A stretch of DNA of 64,000 nt from NCBI GenBank assembly GCA_051294375.1, contig CM119270.1, positions 4,332,301 to 4,396,300 on the forward strand, written 5' to 3'. The stretch is from Paraspadella gotoi. Lineage: Eukaryota > Animalia > Chaetognatha. A model generated the notes under the pieces. It was not told the origin of the DNA and did no database searches. It saw only the letters and a program-made list of their open reading frames with translations. Position numbers and translations under genes: made by a program. Positions 48,952 through 62,224 of this stretch are shown one piece after another; positions within the stretch are counted from its first letter, which is position 1, and each line of letters starts with the position of its first letter.

Positions 48952-51900
48952 AGAGAGGAGAGGGACGGGAGGAGGAATAATTCTCAAGTATATTTTTAGA
49001 AAAGTGCTGATAAGTTAAACGCCCACGCAGTCAACGGGCGAACCGCGCAGTTTTTGCAGAATGGAGACGTTGGGTAGGGGTGGGCAAAGGAGGATGAAAA
49101 GGGGAGGGTGAGAGGGAAAATTCGGGCGGAAGGTGGGTAAAGACGGGGGGAAACGTTTGAAAGGGGGGTCCAGGTGGTAGTGGGGTGGGCAAAGGCAGGG
49201 GAAGAGTTTTTAGGGAGTTCCAGGGTGGCAATGGGGGTGAGTAGGGGTAAAGAGTGGAGGGGACAAATGATGGGTGGTATCAAAATGGGGAGGGGACAGA
49301 GGATGAAAGTGGGCAAAGGGTTTAAAGGGGGTAGCAAAGGAGATTGTAGGGGGGTGAAAGGAGGTTTGACATGCAGAGGGGCTCGGGGGAGGGGCAAAGG
49401 AGATTGTTGGGGGGCGAAAGGAGGTTGACATGGGAGAGGGGCTCGGGGGGGCAAAGAGATTGTAAGGGGTGAAAGGAGGTTGACATGGGAGAGGGGCTCG
49501 GGGGCCAAAGGAGATTGTTGGGGGCGAAAGGAGGTTGACATGGGAGAGGGCTTGGGGGGGGGAAAGGAAGTGGAATGGGGAGATGACCATTGAGGTCAGT
49601 GAGCGGTGAGTGACGACGAAATAACTTTGAATAAGATAGAAGATAACGAATCACGAATCTCTCTCTCTCTCAATGGGGGAAAAAAAACAACCGGAAACGG
49701 AGAGAAACGTCCACTTTGATGATGATTTCGCCACGCGCAAAATCTAGAGAGACAAATGGCGACGATTAAAAAAAAAAAAAGAAGATTAAAAAATAAGAGT
49801 AATTGAATAAAAGATGAATTCCGGTGGCGAATAAGAATTGGTGTGGGGGAGGTGGCAGGTGGGGAAGGCGGGAGGAGAGGGTTGGGGATTCGGAGTTAAA
49901 TTGGGGGGGCGAAGTTAGGGGAGGAGGGAGTGGAGTTATGGGGGGGGTGAGGAAAATGGAGGGAAAGATGATATTAAATGATAGTTGGGAGAGGAGGAGG
50001 GAAGGAGGAAGAGGTATGAGGAGAAGAGAAGGAAGGAAGGAGGAAGTGAGGAGGAGGAAAGGAGGAAGTGAGGAGGAGGGAAGGAGGTAGAGGTATGAAG
50101 AGAAGAGAGGAGGAGAGAGGGAGAATAAGAGGAGAGGAAGTAAGGAAAGAGGAGGAAGTGAAGAGGGAAGGAGGAAGAGAAGTGAGGATGAGGAAGGAGG
50201 AAGTGAGGGGAGAAGATGAGGAAAGTTGAAGATAATGAGGTAAGAAAAAGTTTGCGGTGATTAAATAAGAATTAAAACGAGTTTAGGATTGAAAGAAATG
50301 AGATTGAAAGTTTTCACCCGATCGGTTGTAGATATTACTCGAAAGATGCGGTAAGTGGAATGAATCAGTTGGTTGGAGGGATGGCCAATAGTCGGTGTGA
50401 GGGATGGCCAATGGTTGGTTGGAGGGATGGCAATTGTTGGTAAGCATTGCAATAGTTATATGTGGATTAGTTGTCGTAAAATTTTGAACGTTTATGTTAA
50501 ATGTTCCTAGTTTATTCGTAGAATACATAAACCTTGAAAAATGCCAGACGTTGATGCGTCGATCGTACGAAAGAGNNNNNNNNNNNNNNNNNNNNNNNNN
50601 NNNNNNNNNNNNNNNNNNNNNNNNNNNNNNNNNNNNNNNNNNNNNNNNNNNNNNNNNNNNNNNNNNNNNNNNNNNNNNNNNNNNNNNNNNNNNNNNNNNN
50701 NNNNNNNNNNNNNNNNNNNNNNNNNNNNNNNNNNNNNNNNNNNNNNNNNNNNNNNNNNGGCGGGTAAGGCAACGAGGAAGTAAGCAATAAATATCGGTTG
50801 AACGAGATGAAGATAGCAGAACTCAAAATCGAAAATCCGTTGAAGCAGAAATAAAAAAAAGGAACGACATTTTATTTTAAATTGCAACTTAAGCGACTTA
50901 TTTATTTCTGTTTACTAAATGTGGTGTTTTTTTTATATTTAAAACGAAACTTTAATTCGCTTAAACGTTAAACATTCGGTCTGTTTGTTTTGTTTTGTTT
51001 TGTTTGGTTGTGTCCGGTTTGTTTGAAATGATTTTGAAATCTCATACATCGCGAAATATACAAATGGTTACAGGGCGTCCTGGAAAAGCAAAACCCGTTA
51101 AAGAATTAATGTCTTACGATTGCTTTCGGATGTTCCTTGGTAATTTAAAAACGACATACTGAAGAGACAGTAATTATTGTTATGTGTTAGTGACAGAACC
51201 GTTCAATATAAGCAGTCCCTGAGCTTCGGATCAGGCTGTAACACCATGTTACAGGCGGGTTAAGCGCCCCGTCCCTCTTAACTGCCAGACGACCACCGGG
51301 CTAGAACCCCGGACCTTTGGGTTGGGAGGCGAATGACTTGCCTCCGGCACCAATGGCCGCTGATGAACGGTTGGTGGATTTTAGGCCACCATAATACTGT
51401 AATTTAGTATAAATATAGGTAAATTAGTCAAATTTTTCGGATAACAGTTAATTTTTATAAATGTTAAAACCCCGACTTTACTCTTTCTATTTTTTTTTTC
51501 CTTCAGAAGAAAATCTTGAGTTGCAGCAACGGCGTCTGCAGACGGAGCGGAAGAGAGGGCGGTTGTGGAAGCGGAAGCGGAAACGGTGGAAGCGGAAGAG
51601 CGGATGGCGGAAGCGAAAGAACCGGCGCCGATTCCTTCGCTTGCGACGCCGAATTCCCTGCAACGACGACGCCGCCTCTCACCGACGCCGTGAGAGAGAG
51701 ACTGCGCCTCACGTGGGAAATACGCGCGCGGAAAAAGTGAGCGGAAGTGGGCATTGCAATGAGCGGAAGTGAGCGTGGCAATGCGTTGAAGTGAGCGTAG
51801 CAATGAGTTGAAGTGGGGGTATGAGTGGAAGTGAGCGTGGTAATGAGTGGGAGAGGGCGTAGCAATGAGTGGGAGTGATTCTAGAAATGATTTTCTACCT

Positions 51901-54802
51901 AATTTATAATCACCTCAATTATCATTACTATTTATTAACATAAAGTCCGTCAAAATTCCACGACTCACCATCAGAACTCTTTCGATTTTCAGAGAATTTG
52001 CGATGGAAAATTCCACTACTTTGTCGCTTAAAGTCTCGGCTCTCGACTCGTCAGATTTGGTGACTGGATTTTATCGCCTCGTCGCCCGCATTTGCTTAAA
52101 GCGTGAGACAATCCCAGTGAACCGAGTGAATGGCTTAAAGTGGCTCTTATCAAATCAATTTTATTATACGTACATAATGCTATTTTTTTTAATTGATTTT
52201 AATATAAGGAGTGATATGAGACCAGCCAAAATGTTAAAGTGGATCGAAATAATATAAGCTGATTGTTTGACTTAATTAAGCATTAAAGCATTAATTAACA
52301 TAATATCTATTAATGAATTGTATGACTAAGAAACTTCGTCTATTTATATCTTTCAGACGAATCAAGCGCCTTTTGTTTCGAAGAACCAGATTTTAATTTC
52401 TTCATCGACCGCGAAATAAAAGACGACGACGACGACGACGACGACGTCGGTAAGAATTTATTTTTTCCTCCATTTTTTTTGATTAACATAAAGAAGATTT
52501 GTGTCGCTTTGCAAAAGGAAATGCTATTTCAGCAGTCTNNNNNNNNNNNNNNNNNNNNNNNNNNNNNNNNNNNNNNNNNNNNNNNNNNNNNNNNNNNNNN
52601 NNNNNNNNNNNNNNNNNNNNNNNNNNNNNNNNNNNNNNNNNNNNNNNNNNNNNNNNNNNNNNNNNNNNNNNNNNNNNNNNNNNNNNNNNNNNNNNNNNNN
52701 NNNNNNNNNNNNNNNNNNNNNNNNNNNNNNNNNNNNNNNNNNNNNNNNNNNNNNNNNNNNNNNNNNNNNNCCAAGAAATGTCTCTCGTCCTGACTTGTGA
52801 GGATTTCACTTTCCCCCATCGAGTGACATTAGTTGTGATGAGGTCTCTGCAGTTCGCACTTTCACTTTTCACTCCCCGACGCCTTTCACTCAAGTAATCA
52901 GCCAGGGACCTTTTTTTTCCTTTTCTTACCCCTAATCCCGGTTCTGAGCTCTCTTTTCCCAATCGACTCATTATATCGATCCCTGACAGACCGAGACCAT
53001 TTTTCAATATTCTCTCGCACCCTGTCTGTGCCTGTCCGGACTTGTCACCCCCTTTCCCGACTTCTGTTATCAACCACTTCATCTTTTCACTCTCNNNNNN
53101 NNNNNNNNNNNNNNNNNNNNNNNNNNNNNNNNNNNNNNNNNNNNNNNNNNNNNNNNNNNNNNNNNNNNNNNNNNNNNNNNNNNNNNNNNNNNNNNNNNNN
53201 NNNNNNNNNNNNNNNNNNNNNNNNNNNNNNNNNNNNNNNNNNNNNNNNNNNNNNNNNNNNNNNNNNNNNNNNNNNNNNNNNNNNNNNNNNNNNNNNNNNN
53301 NNNNNNNNNNNNNNNNNNNNNNNNNNNNNNNNNNNNNNNNNNNNNNNNNNNNNNNNCTGTCACCATGGAACTACGTTCGGCTTTCACTTCCCTTTGGCGA
53401 AAATCCAGGCGAAAAAAAAAGGCGAGGAAAAAAAAATTGGAGGCTTTGACAGCCTCTGGTCCTCGTCTCTCGTCGTTGTTGTTGTCATCGTAGTTGTTGT
53501 TGTCGTTGCCCATCTCTTTAATCAACAATGTTATTTCAACATTTTCATAAAATCTTGTCTCTGTCTTTTTTTCTCGTTTTCTTGTCATCAACGTCTTTGT
53601 CATCCGTCATGATTATTGTCGTCGCTGTCATCTAGTATTGATTCTTTATCATCGACATCTTTGTCATCGTCTGTCCTCCTTTCCGTCATATCCTTTATCA
53701 GTTGTCTCTGTCATGATCATTGTCGTCGCTGTCATTCCCAGTCGTCCACATCATTGTCATCGTCCCCCTTCTTATCCTCTCTTATCCTTTATCAGTTGTC
53801 GTTGTTGTTTTACCCTTTTGACATTTTCAGATGGCCGCCGGCGACGAGGAAGAGGAAAGGAAAGACTTTGGGAGACTCTCCCCCTCTTCCTCCTCCTCCT
53901 CCTCCTTCTCCCTTTACTCTTTTGGGGAACCGTCTCGGTCGCTTTCGTTCAAAGCTGCCGCAAAGGCTGCTGCGGCTGGGGCGGCGGCGGCGGCGGCGGG
54001 ACTGGAGGAAAGAAAAACAATCTCGACGGGAGGGACGACAACAACAACGACGAGGGTTTTTTCGACCGAAACAGCGGAGGCAACAATCGCAATGACGGTC
54101 GGGACCGTCGCAACAACGACCAACAGAACGGCGGGGAATCGAAAAAGAAGGGGAATTTTTCAGCTGTCCGTTGCATCGTTGGCGTCAGCGAGAACGAGAT
54201 TATGGACGAGAAAATTAAAAATGAACGAACAAATTCCATCGGAGAAATAGTAGATGACGACGATAGCTATCGACAGATCGTGGGAAACCCAAACCACAGG
54301 CGCCAAAGCAGCAACGGTCTGGAACCGCGAGAGCGGCTCAGCGACGGCGTGATCCTCTTCAACGGTTTGGGATTTGCAGAAAGTGGAATCGACGCCAACT
54401 GGGATCGACATCGCTCCAGCCGCGATATTGCATCGCGGTGCCATCAGGTTATTAGGGGNNNNNNNNNNNNNNNNNNNNNNNNNNNNNNNNNNNNNNNNNN
54501 NNNNNNNNNNNNNNNNNNNNNNNNNNNNNNNNNNNNNNNNNNNNNNNNNNNNNNNNNNNNNNNNNNNNNNNNNNNNNNNNNNNNNNNNNNNNNNNNNNNN
54601 NNNNNNNNNNNNNNNNNNNNNNNNNNNNNNNNNNNNNNNNNNNNNNNNNNNNNNNNNNNNNNNNNNNNNNNNNNNNNNNNNNNNNNNNNNNNNNNNNNNN
54701 NNNNNNNNNNNNNNNNNNNNNNNNNNNNNNNNNNNNNNNNNNNNNNNNNNNNNNNNNNNNNNNNNNNNNNNNNNNNNNNNNNNNNNNNNNNNNNNNNNNN
54801 NN

Positions 54803-54833
<31 letters not shown>

Positions 54834-55023
54834 TGAGCTCGGCGAACAATGCCGCCGCATGTGGTAAAGTTCCGAGATTAAGTTTTTTTTTCACCACATA
54901 TATTTCATGTTTTTCCTTTTATTCAATACATATAATAGAATACATTGCTTAGATATTTTTATTTTGTGTAACAGAACGACCACTGGACTGTGAAAGACGA
55001 TAATAAAACACATCTACAAAAAG
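48055..55023 (+). CDS. Multi-exon single-pass membrane protein with a divergent Ig-like ectodomain segment and a long disordered cytoplasmic tail (partial model)
   Basis: Exons 48055-48324, 48810-48873, 51507-51736, 51993-52102, 52357-52449, 53831-54447 and 54975-55023 have AG/GT ends and consistent phases (2,0,2,1,1,0). Key segments: ...SFACDAEFP...LRLTWEIRARKKEFAMENSTTLSLKVSALDSSDLVTGFYRLVARICLK...DDDDDDDD...LWETLPLFLLLLLLLPLLFWGTVSVAFVQSCRKGCCGW... Intervening N gaps may hide exons. Confidence 0.75.
49328..49561 (+). repeat. G-rich minisatellite, about 55-60 bp x 4
   Basis: Unit approximately GGGGGCAAAGGAGATTGTTGGGGGCGAAAGGAGGTTGACATGGGAGAGGGGCTC. Confidence 0.85.
51170..51360 (-). mobile_element. 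Putative tRNA(Gly)-derived SINE
   Basis: Minus strand GCGGCCATTGGTGCCGGAGGCAAGTCATTCGCCTCCCAACCCAAAGGTCCGGGGTTCTAGCCCGG. It shows A/B-box-like spacing and TCGCCTCCCA as in tRNA-Gly(CCC), followed by an unrelated body. Confidence 0.5.
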
Positions 55024-55132
55024 GTTAGAACCGATTTTACGATATCTTAGCATATCTTTAAATTCTTGACCCCAGAAAATTCAATTGCATCTCATTTCAA
55101 TTGTGTTAGTAAGCGGGTTAGATAATAGATAT

Positions 55133-55322
55133 AGTAGTTATGTAGTTATGTTATGTTATGTAGTTATGTTATGTAGTTATGTTATGTTATGTAGTTATGT
55201 TATGTTATGTAGTTATGTTATGTTATGTAGTTATGTTATGTTATGTAGTTATGTTATGTTATGTAGTTATGTTATGTTATGTAGTTATGTTATGTTATGT
55301 AGTTATGTTATGTTATGTAGTT
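55133..55322 (+). repeat. 18-bp tandem repeat GTAGTTATGTTATGTTAT, about 10 copies
   Basis: Directly visible. It explains the YVMLCS ORFs. Confidence 0.95.
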
Positions 55323-56230
55323 AGGCTAAAAGATACGAGTTTTCTTTTAAAATTGTTTTCATTTTAGGAGAAAAAATAAAATTTTTCTTTTGTTGATTTA
55401 GAATGTAATTGAAACGACTTTTTTTTCGTTTATTTTTTTGTTTTGAACGATTTGTTTTGTTGTTTTGTTGTTTCGTTTTGTTAACCTTTTAATTCTCAAC
55501 GTGTTNNNNNNNNNNNNNNNNNNNNNNNNNNNNNNNNNNNNNNNNNNNNNNNNNNNNNNNNNNNNNNNNNNNNNNNNNNNNNNNNNNNNNNNNNNNNNNN
55601 NNNNNNNNNNNNNNNNNNNNNNNNNNNNNNNNNNNNNNNNNNNNNNNNNNNNNNNNNNNNNNNNNNNNNNNNNNNNAGAGTCATACAGACCGACAGAAAC
55701 AGAGAGAGTGAGAGATAAAGAGAGAGAGAGAGAGAAGGAGCGAGAGAGAGAGAGCGAGACAGGAAGAAAAAGACTCACAAAAGGATCTAATCAAAGAAGC
55801 CTGAAGATTCTTCCCCCTCGCCTTCTATTTCTTTCGACCAAAACAGCGAAAGGCGAGATGGAAACAGGAATGATTTATCTTTCTCTCTATATTCTATTTC
55901 TTTCTTTTTTTCCTTCTCTCTTTCTTTCTTTCTTTCTTNNNNNNNNNNNNNNNNNNNNNNNNNNNNNNNNNNNNNNNNNNNNNNNNNNNNNNNNNNNNNN
56001 NNNNNNNNNNNNNNNNNNNNNNNNNNNNNNNNNNNNNNNNNNNNNNNNNNNNNNNNNNNNNNNNNNNNNNNNNNNNNNNGTTTGTTTGTTTGTTTGTTTG
56101 TTTATTTATTTATTTATTTGTTTATTTCTTTTTTTCTTTATTTCTTTCTTTAATTCTATCTTTATTTCTTTATTTCTTTCTTTCTTTATTTCTTTATTTC
56201 TTTCTTTATTTATTTCTTTATTTCTTTATT

Positions 56231-56318
<88 letters not shown>

Positions 56319-57299
56319 TTTTTTCTTTCTTTATTTCTTTCTTTCTTGGTTTTTGTTTTTCTTTATTTCTTAATAGCTTTCTCCTTTTCTATCCTTTTTT
56401 TTCAATACCTCCTTGTCTTAATTATTCTTAATTTAAAACACACCCAAGGGGAAATTACTCTTAATAATACTATATATTATGTAACCATTAGCTTTAAAAA
56501 ACTAATTACTGTAAAAAATATTACCAAAATCAGAGTTAAAATGAGAAGAGAAGGAAAAAGTATTTCTAAATTCCAAATCGGGAGAAGAAAAAAAGAATTT
56601 TTCAGTTCCGACAAATTGGATCGAGTGAGACTCGACTTTTCTTTTATCTCATTTTTTTGAATCTCGGGTGTATTAATCAAACTCTCTCTCTCTCTCTCTC
56701 TCNNNNNNNNNNNNNNNNNNNNNNNNNNNNNNNNNNNNNNNNNNNNNNNNNNNNNNNNNNNNNNNNNNNNNNNNNNNNNNNNNNNNNNNNNNNNNNNNNN
56801 NNNNNNNNNNNNNNNNNNNNNNNNNNNNNNNNNNNNNNNNNNNNNNNNNNNNNNNNNNNNNNNNNNNNNNNNAAAAATTATCCATGTTTATTTATATTTT
56901 TATTTTTCACTGCGGATAATCAGGAAATAACATGGAATTACGAGGCGTGAAGCGCAGAGAAGCGCAGCTGGTCCCGAGGGCTTTGCCGTTTGATTCCCTG
57001 TCGTTGTTGGAGTTGTGGGATTTTGTTGTCGTTGTTGGAGCAGTATTGGAGTAGAACTAGTTGTGTTATTGCGGTAGTATTTACTATTGTTGGAGCAGTA
57101 TTGGATTGGAACAAGTTGTGTTATTGGGGTAGCATTTCTCATTGATGGAACAGTAATGGAGTAGTTAGGAAGACGCTCCTTAGATGGGTCATCACCGGGT
57201 CAAAGTGAAAAGTGCGGTTAAAATGACGGGATGTGAACGTCATTTGTAGTGAAATGGTGAGGACGATTTGAGAAAGAAGTGAGAGAGAGAGAAAGAGAC

Positions 57300-60200
57300 G
57301 AATTATAGCGTGAAGTGAGGGAAGCAGGGTGAGTGGGGTTGGTGAGTTAGGGAAGCAGGGTGAGTGGGGTTGACGAGTGATGGCTAGGAGTGATTTATCT
57401 GATTTGTGAAGAATTTCTAAAGATTTATTTTTTTTTAAGAAAAAAGAAAAAAAACCCGTCGAGTCAGCCTTTTTTTTTTGTCATTTCAAACTTGAATTTT
57501 CTCTTCTAACAGAAAATGTCGACGTCTTTTGTTAAGCCAATAAATTTTCAAGACGTCTGCTCTACTTGAACAACTTAACAACTTAACAACTCAACAACTC
57601 ATAAAGAGCATAAAGAGTTAGATAATATTTATTGTAGCATTTTTAAGTCATATCAGAAAAGAATTAGCAAAAACTATAAGATTCATGATATGATGATGCT
57701 GATTTTTAAAGATCACTCAGTTATCATCAGAAATTATCATTTCTTGTATGCATCCTTAAATATTCCATCGCTTCAATGTATCGTGACAATGAATTAAGTA
57801 ATATTCGATATAGCAGTAGAAGGACAAAAGACTTTTATTTCAGAAAATTGTAAAACTTAAAAGAAATAATTTCGTATGAGNNNNNNNNNNNNNNNNNNNN
57901 NNNNNNNNNNNNNNNNNNNNNNNNNNNNNNNNNNNNNNNNNNNNNNNNNNNNNNNNNNNNNNNNNNNNNNNNNNNNNNNNNNNNNNNNNNNNNNNNNNNN
58001 NNNNNNNNNNNNNNNNNNNNNNNNNNNNNNNNNNNNNNNNNNNNNNNNNNNNNNNNNNNNNNNNNNNNNNNNNNNNNNNNNNNNNNNNNNNNNNNNNNNN
58101 NNNNNNNNNNNNNNNNNNNNNNNNNNNNNNNNNNNNNNNNNNNNNNNNNNNNNNNNNNNNNNNNNNNNNNNNNNNNNNNNNNNNNNNNNNNNNNNNNNNN
58201 NNNNNNNNNNNNNNNNNNNNNNNNNNNNNNNNNNNNNNGAGAAAAAAAACTATACAGAGTGAGAGATAAATGTCTGATCCAGTCACGAAAACAAAAGAAT
58301 AATTAAGTTGATGGAGGAAAAAGGGGGAAAAAGTCGCGATGCGAAAAAAGTAGAATGAAGAAAGATGAAGCGGTGAAAGAGGAAAGAAGGAGAAAGAGAA
58401 AGAAGACGAAAGGCTCAAGAAGGAAGAGAAGGAGGAAGAAGGTTCGAAAAGGAAAATAAGGAAATGGGAAGAAAATGGAGGAACGGAGTCTCGTGATACC
58501 CAATAAGTGGAGTAGTTTGCCTCGGACAAACAAAGAAGAAGAGGAAGAAAGGACAAGACCTTAAATAGAGAAAAGAGAGAGAGAGTAGTTTTTCTTCTCT
58601 TCTCTACTTTTTCTCCCCTTTTTCTCTCCTTTCATTGCTTTCCCCTCTTTTGTTCTCCCTTTTCCTCTTTTCCTCCTTTTCTTCTCCTTCCTCCTTCTCT
58701 TTTCTTCTTCTCCCTCTTCTTTTTTCTCTTTTCTCTCCGTTCACTCCTCACCTTTCCATTCCTATATCTTCATCTTTATTTTCTCCACTCCTTTCCTTTC
58801 TTCCCTTATCTTTCCTGTCTTTTCTTCCCCTATCTTTTCTTTTCTTCACCGCCTACCTTTCCTAACTTAATTCCTTTCCTCCCCTTTTCTCCTTTCCTTT
58901 CCTCCATTTTCCCTCCCCCGCGTTACTTGATTCCTCACCGGTCGACGTCTCGCTTCGGGAGATCCTCGTGACAGGATCACGTAGAACTTTGCAGCAACGC
59001 GAATTGAATCCGACCGTTTTGCGGCAGAAGCGCCGCAAAATTGAAGCAAGGTCGTGAAGAAGTTCAACACTATTTCGCAGCAGGTCGCTTTGAAATTGCT
59101 GTTCCGATCTTAAAAGTATTTAGATGTATTTAAATGTATATGTATATATATGTACGTCGCCTTGAGCTCTTGCATAATAGCATAATAGCACAATTTGTGT
59201 TGAAATCACTGAGTCTCCGTACTGTTTTTATTAACTATTTAAAAAAATTGAGTAAATGACTACCACCAAAAGAATTATATGAATCGCCGCTAGTTGTTTG
59301 TACGACTATAAAAAAATTGGATGTTTAAACGAATTTATATTAGTTTTAGTAGATTTTGGAGTCTTTCTCCCTCCTAAGACTGTCCAAAGTCAGGAGGAAA
59401 GATTCACGTTAATTGATTCGACTAAATTTCTTCCAATAAATAATATGTAGATAGGATTAAATGTAGTAATATTAGAAGTAGGATAATTATTAATTAAAGG
59501 TCTAGGAATGAACTTGTTCCCCGTCTCGCTCTACTCAAACCGACTCTCCCGAAAAAAAAAAAGTGCGGGGTTAAGTGAACGCGATGTGACTCATTTGAAG
59601 ATGAAATGAGTATCTCGAGAACGATATTGAGAACAGTTGAGAAGAAGAAAAAAGGCACGAATAATATAGACAGTGAAGTCAGAGGGAAGACAGGGGGAAA
59701 TAGCGATAAGTAGGGGATAGCAGTGAGATATGGGAAGCAGGGTGAGGGGTTTGGAGCAGTCGATAGCGCGGAAGTAATTTAGCTGATTTAAGTTGAAAGA
59801 AACTTTCTACAAAAACATGTATTTTTTTTTTAATATTTAAAAAGAAAAAGAAACAAACCCGTGAAGTCAAGCCTTTTTGTTTCTTGCACATCTTGAATTT
59901 TCATCTTCTAAAAGCAAAATGTACGATCGATCTTTTGTTTAAACGCCAATACAAATTTTCAAAGAGGGTCTGTCTACCATTGAACAACCTTAACAACTAA
60001 TAACTAACTCAACAAACTCATAAGAACCCACTAACAAGACGTTAGATATTAGTATTATTGTAGACATTTTTAAGTTCATATCAGAAAAATTAGCAAAACT
60101 AATAAAGATTTCATGATAATTGTGACTGACTGATTTTTAAAGAAAAATCATTAGTTTCATCAGATAATTTCAAAAATTTTACAATAATTACCATTTCTTA

Positions 60201-60839
60201 GTATGCATCTTACAATATTCCCATCAGCTTTCAATCGTATCGTGAAAATGAATTAAAGCTAATACTTCAGATATAAGCATGTAGAAAGACAAAAGACTCT
60301 TATTTTCAGAAAATTGTCAAAACTTCAAAAAGGAAATAAAATTTACGTATGAGGTTTCCACGTACAGTTTTTTAAATCAAGTTACACCACATATTTGTCT
60401 TTATTTTCAGTGAATTTCAGTGATTCATAAAATCTCAATAATTTATACAAACAGTGTTTAGGATCGTCCGCCTATAACTTCATCTTCCACCCAAACCCGA
60501 CCCAACCCACCACTTACCCACATCAGCGCTCTACCGCCGCCGACAGGATGAGTAAGTCTTCACACTCTTCGTGCTGCTACTGGATACACACGTTTTCTCC
60601 GTCGTCAGGTCTCACAACCGTCGATCTTCTCGTCGCCGCTTCTGGCCGCCGCACCGAACCCATTAATCACACAGAACGCCGCCGCCGTTCGAAAACGACG
60701 CAGAGACCGAAGAACAGACGGAGTATTGCCGGGCGATGCTGCGAGCGGGTCATGAAGCTGGGCGACAGCGCTCTCACTCCTTTCACCTCGCGAGTTCCCC
60801 CCCCCGTAAATCTCTCCATCTAACTCCGTACTCTCTCTC

Positions 60840-60876
<37 letters not shown>

Positions 60877-62220
60877 CTTCTCTCTCTCTCTCTCTCTCTT
60901 TTCTTCTTTCTATTAGGTCTTGTCCTTTTCTTCCTCTTCTTCTTTGTTTGTCCGAGCAACTACATCCCACTTACTTGGTATCACGAGACTCCTTCCTCCC
61001 ATTTTTTCCCATTTCCTATTTTCCTTTTTGACCTTCTTCCTCCTTCTCTTCCTTCTTTGAGCCTTTCTGTCTTCCTTCTTTCTCCTTCTTTCCTCTTTCC
61101 CGTTCATCTTTCTTCACTTCTATTTCTTCGTCATCGCGACTTTTTTCCCCCTTTTCCTCCTCACTTAATTATTCTTTGTTTCGACTGACTCGGATCAGCA
61201 TTTAAATCTCTCACTTGTATAGTTTTTTTATCCTCTCTCTTCCTCTACTTTTTCCTCTCCCTCTTTCTTCTCTCCTATTCATTGTTTCCTCTTACTTGTT
61301 CTCTCCTATCTTTTCCTCCATTTCTTCCCTCATTTTTCTTCCTCCTCCTCCTTCTTTGTTCTTGCTCCCTCTTCTTTTTCTGTTTTCATCTCGTTCCGAC
61401 TCTACACCTTTCCATTCCTATATCTTCACTTGTAATTGTCTCCACCCCTTTCCTTTCTTCCCTCTATCTTTCCTGTCTTTTATCTTCCCCTATACATTTT
61501 TTTTCTCCGAACAACGCCTCATTTCAACTTATTCCTTTCCTCCCCTTTTCTCCTTCCTTTCCTCATTTTTCCCTCCCCGCGTTACTTGATTTCCTACCGG
61601 TCGACGTCTCGCTGACTCGGAGATCCTACGTTACAGGATCACGTAGAAACTTTGCAGCAACGCGAATTGAATCGACCGTTTTCGCGCAGAAGCGCGCTCA
61701 AATATGAAGCAAGCGTCGTGAGAAGTTCAACACTATTTCGCAGCAGTCGCGCTTTGAAATTGCTGTTCTATCTTAAAAGTATATTAGGTGTATTTACAAT
61801 GTATATGTATACATATGCTATATATATGTACGTCCGCTTGAGCTCCTGCATAATAGCATTAACATAGCACAATTTGTGTTGTAATGATCACTCATTTATC
61901 TAACTATTTAAAAAATTGAGTAAATGACACCACCAAAAGGAAATATGAATCGCCGCTAGTTGTTTGTACGACTTAAAAAAAATTGGATGTTTAAACGAAT
62001 TATATATAGTTTAGTAGATTTGGAGTTTTCTCCCTCCTAAGACTGCCAAAGTCAGGAGGAAAGATTCACGTTAATTGATCGACTAATCTTCTCCCAAAAT
62101 AAATAATATGTAGATAGGATTAAATGTAGTAATATTAGAAGTAGGATAATTATTAATTAAAGGTCTTAGGAATGAACTTGTTTCCCGTCTCGCTCTACTC
62201 AAACGACTCTCCCGAAAAAA
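57300..62220. repeat. Local duplication: about 57300-57880 matches about 59690-60351; 58560-59560 matches 61230-62220; 58240-58570 is an inverted copy of about 60905-61230
   Basis: Long near-identical stretches that differ mostly by 1-nt indels and lie next to N gaps. Confidence 0.85.
60461..60810 (+). CDS. Candidate downstream (cytoplasmic-tail) exons 60461-60551 and about 60609-60810
   Basis: TTTAG acceptor and GTAAGT donor. A phase-1 reading gives GSSAYNFIFHPNPTQPTTYPHQRSTAADRM, compatible with the 55023 donor. The second block is noisy. Confidence 0.4.
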
Positions 62221-62224
62221 AACA

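Noticed and set aside
52771-53094. Open minus-strand frame in a short contig between N gaps
   Set aside because: No recognisable motif, boundaries are hidden by gaps, and the ORF length is inflated by Ns.
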